From the human T2T-CHM13v2.0 reference genome, Homo sapiens: a DNA stretch of 64,000 nucleotides. Location of the stretch: NCBI RefSeq assembly GCF_009914755.1, contig NC_060928.1. One strand, given 5' to 3'. Shown in pieces: positions 12,478 through 25,415 of the stretch (positions are counted from its first letter, which is position 1; each line of letters begins with the position of its first letter). Both the position numbers and the translations under genes were made by a program. The notes under the pieces are model-generated. The model was not told where the DNA came from. It saw only the letters and a program-made list of their open reading frames with translations, and searched no databases.

Positions 12478-15400
12478 TTTTTTTATTTCCGTAGGTTATT
12501 AGGGAACAGGTGGTGTTTGGTTACATGAGTAAGTTCCTTAGTGGTGATTTGTGAGATTTTGGTGCACCCATCACTTGAGCAGTATGCACTGCACCCTATT
12601 TGTAGTCTTCTATCCCCCACCCTTTCCCCCTGAGTCTCCAAAGTCCACTGTGTCATTCTTATGTCTTTGCATCCTCATAGCTTAGCTCCCACTTTTGAGT
12701 GAGAACATACGATATTTGGTTTTTCCATTCTTGAGTTACTTCACTTAGAATAATAGTCTCCAGTCTCATCCAGGTCACTGCAAATGCCATTAATTCATTC
12801 CTTTTTATGGCTGAGATACATGTACCACAGTATCTTTATCCATTCGTTGATTGATGGGCATTTGAGTTGGTTCCACGTTTTTGCAATTCCAAATTATGCT
12901 GCTATAAACATGTATGTGCAAGTATCTTCTTCATATAATGACTTCTTTTCCTCTGTGTAGATACCCAGGAGTGGAATTGCTCGATCAAATGGTAGTTCTA
13001 CTTTTAGTTCTTTAAGGAATCTCCACACTGTTTTGCAATAGTGGCTGTACTAGTTTGCATTCCCACCAGCAGTGTAGAAGTGTTCCCTGTTGACCACATC
13101 CACACCAACATCTATTATTTTTTGATTTTTTGATTATGGCCATTCTTGCAGGAGTAATGTGGTATCACATTGTGGTTTTGATTTGCATTTCCCTGATCAT
13201 TAGTGATGTTGAACATTTTTTCATGTATTTGTTGGCCATTTGTATATCTTCTTTTGAGAACTGTCTATTCACGTCCTTCGCCAATTTTTTTATGGGATTG
13301 TTTATTTTTTTCTTGTTTATTTGTTTGAATTCATTGTATACTCTGGATATTAGTCCTTTGTCAGATGTATAGATTGATATTGTAAAGATTTTTTTCCCAC
13401 TCTGTGGGTTTTCTGTTTACTCTGCTGACTGTTCCTTTTGCCATACAAAAACTCTTTAGTTTAACTAAGTCCCAGCAATTTATCTTTGTTTTTATTGCAT
13501 TTGCTTTTGGGTTCTTGGTCATGAAATCTTTGCCTAAGCCAATGTCTAGAAGGGTTTTTTCAATGTTATCTTCTAAAATTTTTACAGTTTCAGGTTTTAG
13601 ATTTAAGTCCTTAATCCATCTTGAGTTCATTTTTGTATAAGGTGAAGGATGAGGATCCAGTTTCATTTTCTTATATGTGGCTAGCCAGTTATCCCAGCAC
13701 CATTTGTTGAAAAGGGTGTCCTCTCCCCACTTTATGTTTTTGTTTGCTTTGTTGAAGATCAGTTGGCTGTAAGTATTTGGGTTTATTTCTGCCAGTACCA
13801 CGCTGTTTTGGTGTCTGTGGCCAAATAGTATAGTTTGAAATCAGGTAATGTGATGCCTCCAGATTTGTTCTCTTTGCTTAGTCTTGCTTTGGCTATGTGG
13901 GCTCTTTTTGGGTTCCATATGAATTTTAGAATTGTTTTTTTCTAATTCTGTGAAGAATGATGGTGGTATTTTGATGGGAATTGCATTGAATTTGTAGATT
14001 GCTTTTGGCAGTATGGTCATTTTCACAATATTGATTCTACCCTATCCTTGAGCATGGGATGTGTTTCCATTTGTTTATGTCATCTGTGATTTCTTTCAGC
14101 AGTGGTTTTTAGTTTTCCTTGTAGAAGTCTTTCTCCTCCTCGGTTGGGTATATTCCTAAGTTTTGTTTTTTTGTTTTGTTTTGTTTTCATTTTTTTTGGT
14201 TTGTTTGTTTACAGCTATTGTAAAAGGAGTTGAGTTCTTGATTTGATTCTCAGCTTTGTTGCTGTTGGTGTATAGAAGAGCTACTGATTTTTGGACATTA
14301 ATTTTGTATGTGGAAACTTTTCTGAATTCTTTTATCAGTTCTAGGAGCTTTCTGGAGGAGTCTTTAGGGTTTTCTAAATAAATGACCATATCATTAGCAA
14401 ACAGTGACAGTCTGACTTCCTCTTTACCAATTTGGACACCCTTATTTCTTTCTCTTGTCTGATTGCTCTGGCTAGGACTTCCAGTACTCTGTTGAAGAGG
14501 AGTGGGCACCCTTGTCTTGTTCCAGTTCTCAGAAAGAATGCTTTCAACTTTTCCCCATTCAGTATTATGTTGGCTGCAGGTTTGTCATAGATGGCTTTTA
14601 TTATATTGAGGTATGTCCCTTGTATGCCAATTTTGCTGAGAGTTTTAATCACAAAGGGATGCTGGATTTTGTCGAATGCTTTTTCTGCATCTATTGACAT
14701 GACCATGAGATTTTTGTTTTTAATTCTGTTTGTATGGTGTATCACATTTGTTGAATTGCATTTGTTAAACCATCCCTGCATCCCTGGTATGAAACCCACT
14801 TGATCATGGTGAATTATCTTTTTGATATGTTGTTGGATTTGGTTAGCTAGTGTTTTTTTAAGGATTTTAGTATCTATGTTCATCAAGGATATTGGTCTGT
14901 ATTTTTCTTTTTTGGTTATGTCCTTTCCTGGTTTTGGTATCAGGGTGATACTGGGTTCATAGAATGAATGAGGGAGGGTTCCCTCTTTCTCTATCTTGTG
15001 GAATACTGTCAAAAGGGTGGGTACCAATTCTTCGTTGAATGTCTGGTAGAATACTGCTGTCTGGTAGAATTCTTCTGTGAATCCATCTGGTCCTGGACCT
15101 TTTTTGTTCATAATTTTTTAATTACCATGTCAATCTCGCTGCTCGTTATTGGTCTGTTCAGGGTATCTAATTCTTCCTGATTTAAACTAGGAGGATTGTA
15201 TCTTTCCAGGAATTTATCCATCTCTTCTAGGTTTTCTAATTTAGGTACATAAAGATGTTCATAGTAGCCTTGAATGATCTTTTGTATTTCTGTGGTGTCA
15301 GTTGTAATAGCTTCCATTTCATTTCTTATTGAGGTTATTTGAATTTTCTTTCTTCTTTTCTTGGTTAATCTTGCTAATGGTCTATCAGTTTTATTTATCT

Positions 15401-18064
15401 TTTCAAAGAACCAGGTTTTTGTTTCATTTATCTTTTGTATTGTTTGTTTGTTTTAATTTCATTGAGTTCTTCTCTGATCTTGGTAACTTCCTTTCTTCTG
15501 CTGGGTTTGGGCTTAGTTTGTTCTTGTTTCTCTAGTTCCTCGAGGTGTGACCTACATTATCTGTGCTCTTTCAGACTTTTTGATGTATGTGTTTAAGGGC
15601 TATGAACTTTCCTCTTAGCATCACATTTGCTGTGTGCCAGAGGTTTTGATAGGTTGTGTTACTATTCTCGTTCAGTTCAAAGAATTTTTAAATTTCCATC
15701 TTGATTTCATTTCTGACCCAATGATCATTCCAGAGCAGGTTATTTAATTTCCATGTATTTGCATGGCTTTGAAGGTTCCTCTTGGAGATTATTTCCAGTT
15801 TTATTCCACTGTGGTCTGAGAGAGTGCTTGATATAATTTCAGTTTTCTTAAATTTATTGAGGCTCGTTTTGTGGCTTATCATGTGGTCTATCTTGGAGAA
15901 AGTTCCATGCACTGTTGAATGGAATGTATATTCTGTAGTTGTTGGATGGAATGTTCTGAATATATCTGTTACGTCCATTTGTTCCAGGGTATAGTTTAGA
16001 TCCATTGCTTCTTTGTTGACTTTCTGTCTTGATGACCTGTCCAGTGCTGTCAGTGGAGTATTGAAGTCCCCCACTGTTATTGTGTCACTGTCTGTCTCAT
16101 TTCTTAGGTGTATTAGTAATTGTTTTATAAATTTGGGAACTCCAGTGTTAGTTGCATATATATTTAGGATTGTGATATTTTCCTGTTGGACAAGGCTTTT
16201 TATCATTATATAGTGTTCCTTTTTGTCTTTTTAACTGCTGTTGCTTTAAAGTTTGTTTTGTCTGATATAAGAATAGCTATTCCTGCTCACTTTTGGTGTC
16301 CATTTACATGAAATGTCTTTTTCCACCCCTTTACCTTAAGTTTGTGAGAGTCCTTATGTGTTAGGTGAGTCTCTTGAAGGCAGCAGATAGTTGGTTGGTG
16401 AATTCTTATCCATTCTGCAGTTCTGTATCTTTTAGGTGGAGTATTTAGGCCATTTACACTCAGTATTAGTATTGAAATGTGAGGTACCATTCCATTCATT
16501 GTGCTACTTCTTGCCTGTATACCTTGGTTTTGGTTTTTGTTCTTTAAATTCTATTTTTTTGTTTTATAGATCCTGTGAGATTTATGCTTTAAAGAGGTTC
16601 TGTTTTGATGTGTTTCCAGAATTTGTTTCAATATTTAGAGCTCCTTCTAGCAGTTCTTGTAGTGGTGGCTTGGTAGTGACAAATTCTCTCAGTGTTTGTT
16701 TGTCTGGAAAAGACTGTATCTTTTCATCATATATGAAGCTTAGTTTCACTGGATACAAAAATCTTGACTGATCGTTGTTTTGTTTGAGGAGGCTGAAGAT
16801 AGGGCCTCAATCCCTTCTAGCTTGTAGGGTTTCTGCTGAGAAATCCACTGTTAATCTGATAGGTTTTTCTTTATAGGTCATCTGGTGCTTCTGTCTCACA
16901 GCTCTTAAGATTCTTTCCTTCCTCTTAACTTTAGACAACCTGATGACAATGTGGCTAGGTGATGATCTTTTTGCAATGAATTTCTCAGATGTTCTTTGTG
17001 CTTCTTGTGTTTGGATGTCTAGGTCTGTAGCAAGGCTGGAGAAGTTTTCCTCGATTATTCTCCCAAATATGTTTTCCAAACTTTTAGATTTCTCTTCTTC
17101 CTCAGGAACACCAATTATTCTTAGGTTTGGTTGTTTAACATAAGCACAGACTTCTTGGAGGTTTTGTTCATATTTTCTTATTCTTTTCTTTTTTCTTTGT
17201 CTTTGTTGGACTGGGTTAATTTGAAGACCTTGTATTTGAGCTCTGAATTTCTTTCTTCTACTTTTTCAATTTTATTCCTGAGACTTTCCAGAATATTTTG
17301 CATTTCTATAAGTGTACCCATTGTTTCCTGAAGTTTTGATTGGTTTTTCTTCATGCTATCTATTTCCTTGAATATTTTTCCCTTCACTTCTTGTATCATT
17401 TTTTGGATTTCCTTGCATTGGGCTTCACCTTTCTCTGGTGCCTCCCTGATTAGCTTAATAACTAACCTCCTAAATTCTTTTTCAGGTAAATCAGAGAATT
17501 CTTCTTGGTTTGGGTCCATTGCTGGTGAGCTGGTGTGATATTTTGGGAATGTTAAAGAACCTTGTTTTGTCATACTACCAGAGTTGGTTTTCTGGTTCCT
17601 TATCATTTGGGTAGGCTCTGTCAGAGGTAAGGTCTAGGACTGAAGGCCGTTGTTCAGATTCTTTTGTCCCACAGGGTGTTTCCTTGCTGTAGTACTCTCC
17701 ACCTTTTCCTATGGATGTGGCTTCCTAAGAGCTGAGCTGTAGTGATTGTTATCTCTCTTCTGGATCTAGCCACCCAGCAAGTCTACCAGACTCCAGGCTA
17801 ATACTGGCTGTTTTCTGCAGAGTCCTGTGATGTGAACTGTCTATGGGTCTCTCAGCCATGGGTACCAGCACAGTATTAGGGGTGTCTCTTGAGTTCTGCA
17901 GGAGCAATCCACTTCCTTTGGAGGGGTCTGTGGGTCCTCTCAGGTTTCTTGATTTATTCCTGCAGTCCTTCTGGAACAAAAAATTCATGATGCGAGCCTC
18001 CACACACTGCTCTGTCCATCTGAGTTGGAGCTGCAATCTAGTCCTGCCTCCCATCCGCCATGAT
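12478..18064 (-). mobile_element. Near-full-length L1PB (L1PB1-like 3' end, L1PBa-like 5' end), inactive
   Basis: ORF1 pieces 17178-17606 and 16807-17079; ORF2 endonuclease 16287-16499 and 15688-16206; RT 14374-15111 with FADD mutated to FAND; 5' start atcatggcggatgggaggcaggactagattgcagctc; TSD-like aaaa(c/t)ttttttc at 12456-12467 and 18218-18229. Confidence 0.93.
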
Positions 18065-18091
18065 TGTAGCAATTCCATAATCAGAAAATTT

Positions 18092-18214
18092 CATTTCAAA
18101 GCTTCCAGGGGGTCCTGGTGTCTTAGCTGTGGATCTCCCAATACCTGCAGGTCGCAGGGCCACAGAGGCTGGGCTTCTAGGAACAGAGGACACAGAGCAG
18201 TGAAGACGAGACCT
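18092..18214 (-). other. Captured exon 1 (5'UTR plus start ATG) of a ZNF91-family KRAB zinc-finger gene, 5' of the L1PB
   Basis: Minus strand reads aggtctcgtcttcactgctctgtgtcctctgttcctagaagcccagcctctgtggccctgcgacctgcaggtattgggagatccacagctaagacaccaggaccccctggaagctttgaaATG; translation ...TAKTPGPPGSFEM compares with the recalled ZNF91 N-terminus MPGTPGSLEM. Confidence 0.85.
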
Positions 18215-18521
18215 CTCAAAATTTTTTTCTAATTCCCTTGTGACTTCCACTTTGATGACAGGTTATGTACAAGTATATTATTTAATTTGTAAATATTGTG
18301 GGTTTTCCAGATATCTTTCTGTCGTTGATTTCTAGCTTAATTCTATTAAACCAGAACTCTGGCAGGAGAACATACTTTGCATTACTTCAGTTCATTTAAA
18401 TTTGCTAAGATTTATTTTATGGCTCAGAATATGTTATATCTTGTGAATGTTTCATGTGCATGTGAAAAGGGAATGTATATTGTGCTATTGTTGGGTAGAG
18501 TGCTCTATGAATGTCAGTTAG

Positions 18522-18976
<455 letters not shown>

Positions 18977-20870
18977 GCTTTATGTATTTTGAAGTTCTAT
19001 TGTTCAGTCCATATTTCTTTAGGATTGTTATGTCTTCTTGATGAATTGATCCCCTTATTATTATTATCTTACATAATTTTGTAACCCTAGTAATATTTCT
19101 TATTCTAAAGTCTACTTTGATATTAATGAAGTCATGCTTACTTTTTTGATTAGCATTTACTTGGTATACTTGATATATCTTTTTCATCCTTTAACTTTCA
19201 ACCTCTCTATATTTTTGTATTTAAAGTAGGTTTCTTATAGACAGCATCTATCTTGCTTTTTTAACCAAACTGACAATGTCTGTCTTTTAATTTGATGTGT
19301 TTAGTCATTTATATTTAATGTAATTATTGACATGGTTGGACTTACCTGCCATATTGCTATTTGTTTTTTATTCGTTCAATGTGTTATTTGTTTTTTGTTG
19401 TTGTTGTTCTCCTTTGCCTGCTTTTGGATTGAATACGTTTTATTCAATTTTGTCTCTAGTATTGACTTATTATTTATGCCTTTAAAATTTTTTAATGGAT
19501 GTCCTATGTTTTATAATATATGTCATAATTAATTACAATCTACCTTCAAATAATATAGGACTTCATGTATAATGTAAGGACTTTACAACAGTAAACTTCT
19601 CATTCTTCCTTCCCATTCCTCCCTCCTACTATTTTTGTTTTAGAGAGTCAGTTATCTTTCATTCTAGAGAATGATTAAACATAACAAAAAATATTTTTAC
19701 CTTTATTTTAACCATTTCCTTAGATCTTTATTTTTTGTTTGTAAATCTAAGTGTCTGTTGGATGTCATATCTGTCTAGAAGAGTTTCTTTTAATATTTCT
19801 AAAGGTGCAGAGTTGCAGGTAGTGAATACTCTCAGCCTTTGTTTGCCTAAAACAGTATTTATTTCACTTTCATTTTGAAAAATACTCTGGCTAGATACAG
19901 AATTCTGGGTCTACAGTTTGTTTGTTTATATATTTCCTTTCAGTACTTTACATTTTTCACTGTGTTGTCTTCTGGATTGTATAGCTTCACAATAGAAATC
20001 AGTTGCAATTCTCATCTTTTTCCTTGTGTCTATTTTTCTTTAAATATTGTTTACAGGAATGTGCATGCATAAGATGTGTCAGGCATATTGTTTCTCTTCT
20101 TCCTCCTCCTCCCCTTCCTCCTTCTCGTCCTTTTTTTTTTTTATTTCTCATGCTTGGGGATGTCTGAACTTCTTAGATCTGTCCAGTAATGTTTTTCTTT
20201 ATTTTTGGAAAATTCTATGCCATTGTCTCTTCAAATATTTCTTCTGCTTTGTCCCTTTCTTATCTTTTGGGATTTCAATTACGGGTACATTGAACAATTT
20301 GATATTGTCTTACAGTTCTATTCTGTTTTTCTTACTTTTTATTTCTTTTAGTGTTTCAGTTTGGGTAATTTCTGTTGACCTGTTTTCAAGTTCACTGATC
20401 CTCCACTGTGTCAGTTCTGCTTGTGAGCCCTCAAAGGCATTCTTCATCTCTTTTTATTTTTGGCATTTTCATTTGACTCTTTCTTATAGTTTTCATCTCT
20501 CTGCTCAAATTTTTCATCTGTTTATTCATGTTCTTCACTAGCCCACTAGAGCTTTTAAATATTAATTATAGTAATTTCCTGTCTGCCAGTACCAACATCC
20601 AGGTCATCCTTGAGTTTGATTCTGTTGATAACTTTGTCTCGAGTTGATTTTTTCCTGCATTTTCCTCTGTCTCATGATATTTTGTTGCGTGCTGGAATCA
20701 TGTGTAAAATAATAGAGACTGAGATAAGTATTATTTCTGTCTAGAAATGAGCATGTCTTTTCTTCTGTCTGGGCTTTAGTGTTGAGTCAATCTAGTTAGG
20801 AGTTGAGGTGGACTTGGGTTTGGGTTTGTGGCCACCTTTTGTTCAGTAGTAGCTTCCAATTCCTCTAATG

Positions 20871-21092
20871 CAGTGGTTTTAAACCAGGGGTGACTTCCAA
20901 CCCCCAGCGAATATTTGGCAATGTCTGGAGACATTTTTTTTAGTTGTCGCAACTGGGAAAAAGAGATGATACTGCAGTATAGTGGGTAGAAGCCAGGGAT
21001 GCTGCTAAACACACTACAACACACAGCACAGCCTCCCACAGCAAATAATGACATGGCCAACAATGTTAATAAGACAAGCTTGAGAAATCCTG
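20871..21092 (+). mobile_element. MER20 (hAT-Charlie DNA transposon)
   Basis: cagtggtttt...atttggcaatgtctggagacatttt...gccagggatgctgctaaaca...ttgagaaatcctg; 8-bp flanks ctctaatg and gtctaact. Confidence 0.9.
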
Positions 21093-22249
21093 GTCTAACT
21101 TTGAATTATACTTAGGGTAGAGGGAATAAGATTCCAGAGATTTATTCTCAAAGATTCTTGTCTACCATCATGTTTCAGCCTTTACTATGTGCCTGTACCT
21201 CAAAGAGAGTCTCTTTTAATACTCTTGCCTGTATATAACAGTAGACAGCTGTTGCTTGTTACTTGGATTTGCTGGTAGTGGAAAGTGGGAGGGGGCTGCT
21301 CTTTATTTCCCAGCTCACCCACAGTCTCAGGCAGGCTCTGTGTCCTGGGTATCATTCTTGGGGCTTTTTCAAGGATTCTACCCCTCCTCCCTATGGCAGG
21401 CAAACTGTGTCCTGTGTCTTTGGTGAATCATCCTGCCCTCCTCCAGCAGTAGAAGACCTCTCACAGCATTGGTGTAGGATCCTTGGCCCAGGAGTGCCTC
21501 CGGCCCTTTGCCCAGAGGTAACAGTGTTTTTCTCTTTACCCTTTCCCTGTATCCTGCAGGTGTCAAGATTTATTGCCCACCTTCAGGAGCTCAAGGCTTT
21601 TGCTCAATGGAAGTGAAGGCTTTTGCCTTTCCTGCATTGGCAGCTGCTTCTTCCTCCAGATCTGCTTTCTCAGGTCTCCCACCATTGCCCCAGTCTTACC
21701 TGTGAGCACCTGGAGAAGGTCCCTGGATAAGAGCCTTGGGGTAGATACAATGTCTCTTATGTCCGTGGGTTCTATACTGTCTCAGTAGCCAGACTCGTTT
21801 TTTACTATTTATTAAAATGTTAGCTTAACTCTTCATATCCATGAGTATGGCACATGATGTCTCTTCCTCCTGTGCTCCTCCATAGGGGAGCCAATGTTAA
21901 TGCCCATCTTTTCTAGGAGGGGCCTGTTTTTCCTTAGATTTCAGACTACTTGGCTGCCCTGCTCATATGTTTCTCCTTGTTGCTCTTTCCAGCTGCCTAC
22001 ATTCTAGGCACCATCTTTGCTGGGCATAGAGTTTTAATAAAGTCTGTACTGTGGCAATGCATTTTTTTAATACAAATGAGCTTACAAGTAATCAAGCAGG
22101 GGATGAGTCAGTATTATGCAGAAGTTGTGTTGGTTCTGAGGCAACTTTCCCCAGCATGTTAATATTTTGAAGCAATTTGAAGTAAACTTTTTCAAAACTA
22201 AAGTATATGCTAAAACTTCAGGGAAAAAAACCCTGAAAATCTGCAGTCT

Positions 22250-22480
22250 TGCCTTTCTTTAGTTCAAGTAGTTTCTGGTTCAAGCAGTGGCTTCCAGAAC
22301 TCTATGTTTGCACTTTCTTAAACTGTCCGGGCAGAGTGAGAGTGCAGATAAAATATTATGCCCTGAGTCAAAACAAGAAGTTAATGAAGAAGGCTATAAC
22401 CTAGATCCAAATTTTAATATTGATGAAAATGTTCTCAGTCAAAAGCGAATGCCCTCTAAAACATATTTCAAAAGAAGTAT
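22250..22480 (+). mobile_element. Tigger/pogo-family transposase fossil
   Basis: ORF 22287-22553 contains KLSGQSESAD...EEGYNLDPNFNIDENVLSQKRMPSKTY, matching the pogo pattern GEAASAD...GY..EQVFN.DETGLFWKRMP.RT. Confidence 0.7.
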
Positions 22481-23099
22481 TAGCCATAGGCTTCATATTC
22501 CTGAATATACCTATGTCAGTACTTTGACTAGGATTACTAGTGATCTTTATTAATATCCTGCTTTCAAACTTCCATAGGTTTCAGTGATTTGTCCCAATCC
22601 TATTTTCCCCATAAGCTCTGTTATTTTTGGTGCATAACTTTTCAGAATGGGAGTTTTTAAGAATGCAAGAATGATAATATTGCAAAAAATGCCTGTAATA
22701 TGTGTTTTTCTTCTGATCATGAAAGTAATACATGCTCATTATTGAAAAACTGGAAACTACAGAAAAGTACAAGAAAATAATGCAATAATTGATCATTATT
22801 CTACTCATAGATATTTTTAATATCTTACTAGTTTTTTTCCAGTTCACATATACTTATTTTAACCATAGTGAGAATCAAGATGCTACATTTTTCAAAATGA
22901 AAGAATGCAAAACATTTTTAAAAATAATTTCTGCAGTGATGAGGGAAAGAATGCACTTAGGGAAACTAGACACACACACACACACACACACCATAAAACA
23001 ACCCTCCTATCCTGAGAAAATAACTCTTTAGGGTAGAAAATGGGCACGTTCAGAGTTTAATCCAATTGAAGTTAAAACAAATGGAACTTAGGTCATGAT

Positions 23100-23409
23100 T
23101 TTTTTTTTTTTTTTTTTTTGAGACAGAGTCTCACTCAGTCACCCAGGCTGGAGTGCAGTGGCGTGATCTCCGCTCATGGCAAGCTCCGCCTCCCAGGTTC
23201 ATGCCATTCTCCTGCCTCAGCCTCCTGAGTAGCTGGGACTACAGGTGCCTGCCACTACACCTGGCTAATTTTTTTTTTTTTTTGCATTTTTAGTAGAGAT
23301 GGTATTTTACCGTGTTAGCCAGGATGGTCTCGATCTCCTGACTTCGTGATCTGCCTGCCTTGGCCTCCCAAAGTGCTGGGATTACAGGTGTGAGCCACTG
23401 CTCCCGGCC
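23100..23409 (-). mobile_element. AluY
   Basis: Diagnostic AluY motifs, long middle T tract; TSD aggtcatgat at 23090-23099 and 23410-23419. Confidence 0.95.
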
Positions 23410-23439
23410 AGGTCATGATGATTTTTAAGCAACAAAATC

Positions 23440-23746
23440 TATATTAGTCAGGATTCTCCAGAGGAACATAATCAATAACATATGTATAGCTTATATATGA
23501 GGGAATTTATTATGGGAATTGGTTCACACAATTATGGAGGCTAAGAAGTCCCACAATATGCCCTTTGGAAGCTGGAGAACCAGGGAAGCCAGTGGTTTGA
23601 ATCAGACTGAGTCTGAAGACCTGAGAACCAAAATGGGAGTGGGGGATGAGGGGCTTCTGGTGTAAGTCCCAGAGTCTGAAGCCCTGAGAACCTGGAGCTC
23701 CGATGTTGGAGGACAGAAGAAGAAGAAGGATATCCCAGCTCATGAA
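23440..23746 (-). mobile_element. MLT2B-like ERVL LTR, truncated
   Basis: tatattagtcaggattctccagag...ttatggaggctaagaagtcccac...ctgagaacc...ggatatcccagctca. Confidence 0.85.
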
Positions 23747-24085
23747 AAGTGTTCTTCTCCAGATATGATGACTTTGAAATTTTGGACCTTTAAAAGGATT
23801 TTTCTGAATCAAAGACATAAAAACGTATGGCTTATGTAGATTCAAGTAAAACTTTTTTGGCATGTATGCTGCGGCAAGTAATCCATACTTCAATCGTACA
23901 GCAAAACTCCAACACTAATTTGTGTTAAGAATAACCATCTTGCTGAATCTGCTGAAGGAATGATCTTCTGCAATGCTCTCTACTCTCCAGTGTTGAACTC
24001 TGGAATTCTGCAAGTGACAAGGAAGAAATGAACAGGGCAAAACATCTGCAGTAATTCAATAAGAATATGATGTGTATATTTCATT

Positions 24086-24333
24086 TCTCAAATTTTATTT
24101 TAGATTCAGGGTATGCATGTGCTTGTTTGTTACATAGGTATTACATGCACAATGGTGGGGGTTGGCTTCTAGGGTACCCATCACCCAAATATTAGACATT
24201 GTACTCAGTAGGTAATTTTTCAACCCTCACCTTCCTCTTTTCCTCCCAGGTTTAGAATCCTCAGAGTCTATTTTCTTCATCTTTATGTCCATGTGTACCA
24301 TGTGTTTAGCTTACACTTCTAAGTGAGAACGAT
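24086..24333 (-). mobile_element. Short 3' end of an old L1PA (about L1PA13-17)
   Basis: ttttattttagattcaggg...gtacccatcacccaaata...ctttatgtccatgtgtacc...taagtgagaac; imperfect TSD atgtg(t/c)atattt(c/g)att. Confidence 0.8.
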
Positions 24334-24383
24334 ATGTGCATATTTGATTAATATAGTAGCCCACCCACTGCAAGTGGGTCTTT

Positions 24384-24384
<1 letters not shown>

Positions 24385-24436
<52 letters not shown>
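24385..24436. repeat. (GA)n microsatellite
   Basis: Directly visible perfect repeat. Confidence 0.98.
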
Positions 24437-24440
<4 letters not shown>

Positions 24441-24869
24441 ACAGGGGAAAGGATCATCCTTCCTTTCCCTCTCCCCCATCAAAGAACACTCACAAAACAA
24501 GAGCAAATACTCTGGAATTCTCTGGCCTCCAGATGAAGGCTAATGTTAGTTTCATTTCGTGATTAAAAAATAACCTGTTGTCAACATGTTTACATGGATG
24601 GAAATGCACAGACACACAGAGACACAGGCACATGCACACATCATTATTATTAGAAAAGGTAAAGCTGTCATTGAGCTTAAAAACAAACAAACCACTAAGC
24701 CACAGATCTAAGGGCAAATGCTGTGGTAGGTAAGTGCATGTAACCACTGGACTTAGAGACTCTATTTTTTATTGCATTTCTAATTTACTTTGATTTACTA
24801 GAACTAATTTGCAATAGTGACTGGCAGCCAGCCCTTGGAAAGGGTGCTTCCAAATTTAAAATTCAATTT

Positions 24870-24980
24870 TAATTCATTTCAACAAATGCTTATTGAGCCC
24901 TTTCTAAGTGCCAGGTATTATGCTAGGGCCTGGGGATAGAGATGTGAATAAGAAACATGGTGGCCCAGTCCACAGTCTAG
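24870..24980 (-). mobile_element. L2 3' end
   Basis: ttcatttcaacaaatgcttattgagc...gtgccagg...ctggggatagag. Confidence 0.7.
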
Positions 24981-24984
24981 CAAA

Positions 24985-25415
24985 ATGTCAGAATTAAGAT
25001 TACCCACTGATTTCCCTCATAATACATCTACTACCAAGCACTTTCTAGGATTCTAACTCATGCCCTCCACTTGGCCAGTTGTCTGGGGCTGCCTCATAGG
25101 AGCAGGGGCCATGAGGCACACCCTCTGGTAGTAGCAGGGTTTACAGAAACATGGAGCCTTTGAGCCAGCAGAGCTGGTGCTGCTGGTATAGATAGGGTTG
25201 GTCATAGCATTAGGGCTCAGAGGCAGCCCAGCAGAGTCCAGACCCTTACCAGGCAAGCTCTGCAGCTGATTTTGGATATTGTTCTGAATGTGCAGGTCCT
25301 CCATAGCCTCAGCAACTCTGTGAGCCAAATGTTATCCTCTTAATATATCCTTTTTGTGCTTAAAGCAGCCAGAATCTGTTTCTGTTGCTTGCACCTCAGA
25401 ATCCTGACTGATACA
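24985..25415 (+). mobile_element. ERVL LTR (LTR16-like)
   Basis: Terminus tgcttaaagcagccagaatctgtttctgttgcttgcacctcagaatcctgactgataca; 5' boundary uncertain. Confidence 0.55.

Noticed and set aside
12478-18064. Retrotransposition-competent L1
   Set aside because: ORF1 and ORF2 are broken by stops, frameshifts and deletions, and FADD is mutated to FAND
18092-18217. A resident KRAB-ZNF gene starting here
   Set aside because: No GT donor after the ATG, no upstream CpG promoter, and no KRAB or C2H2 exons in the window; the segment lies inside the L1 TSD
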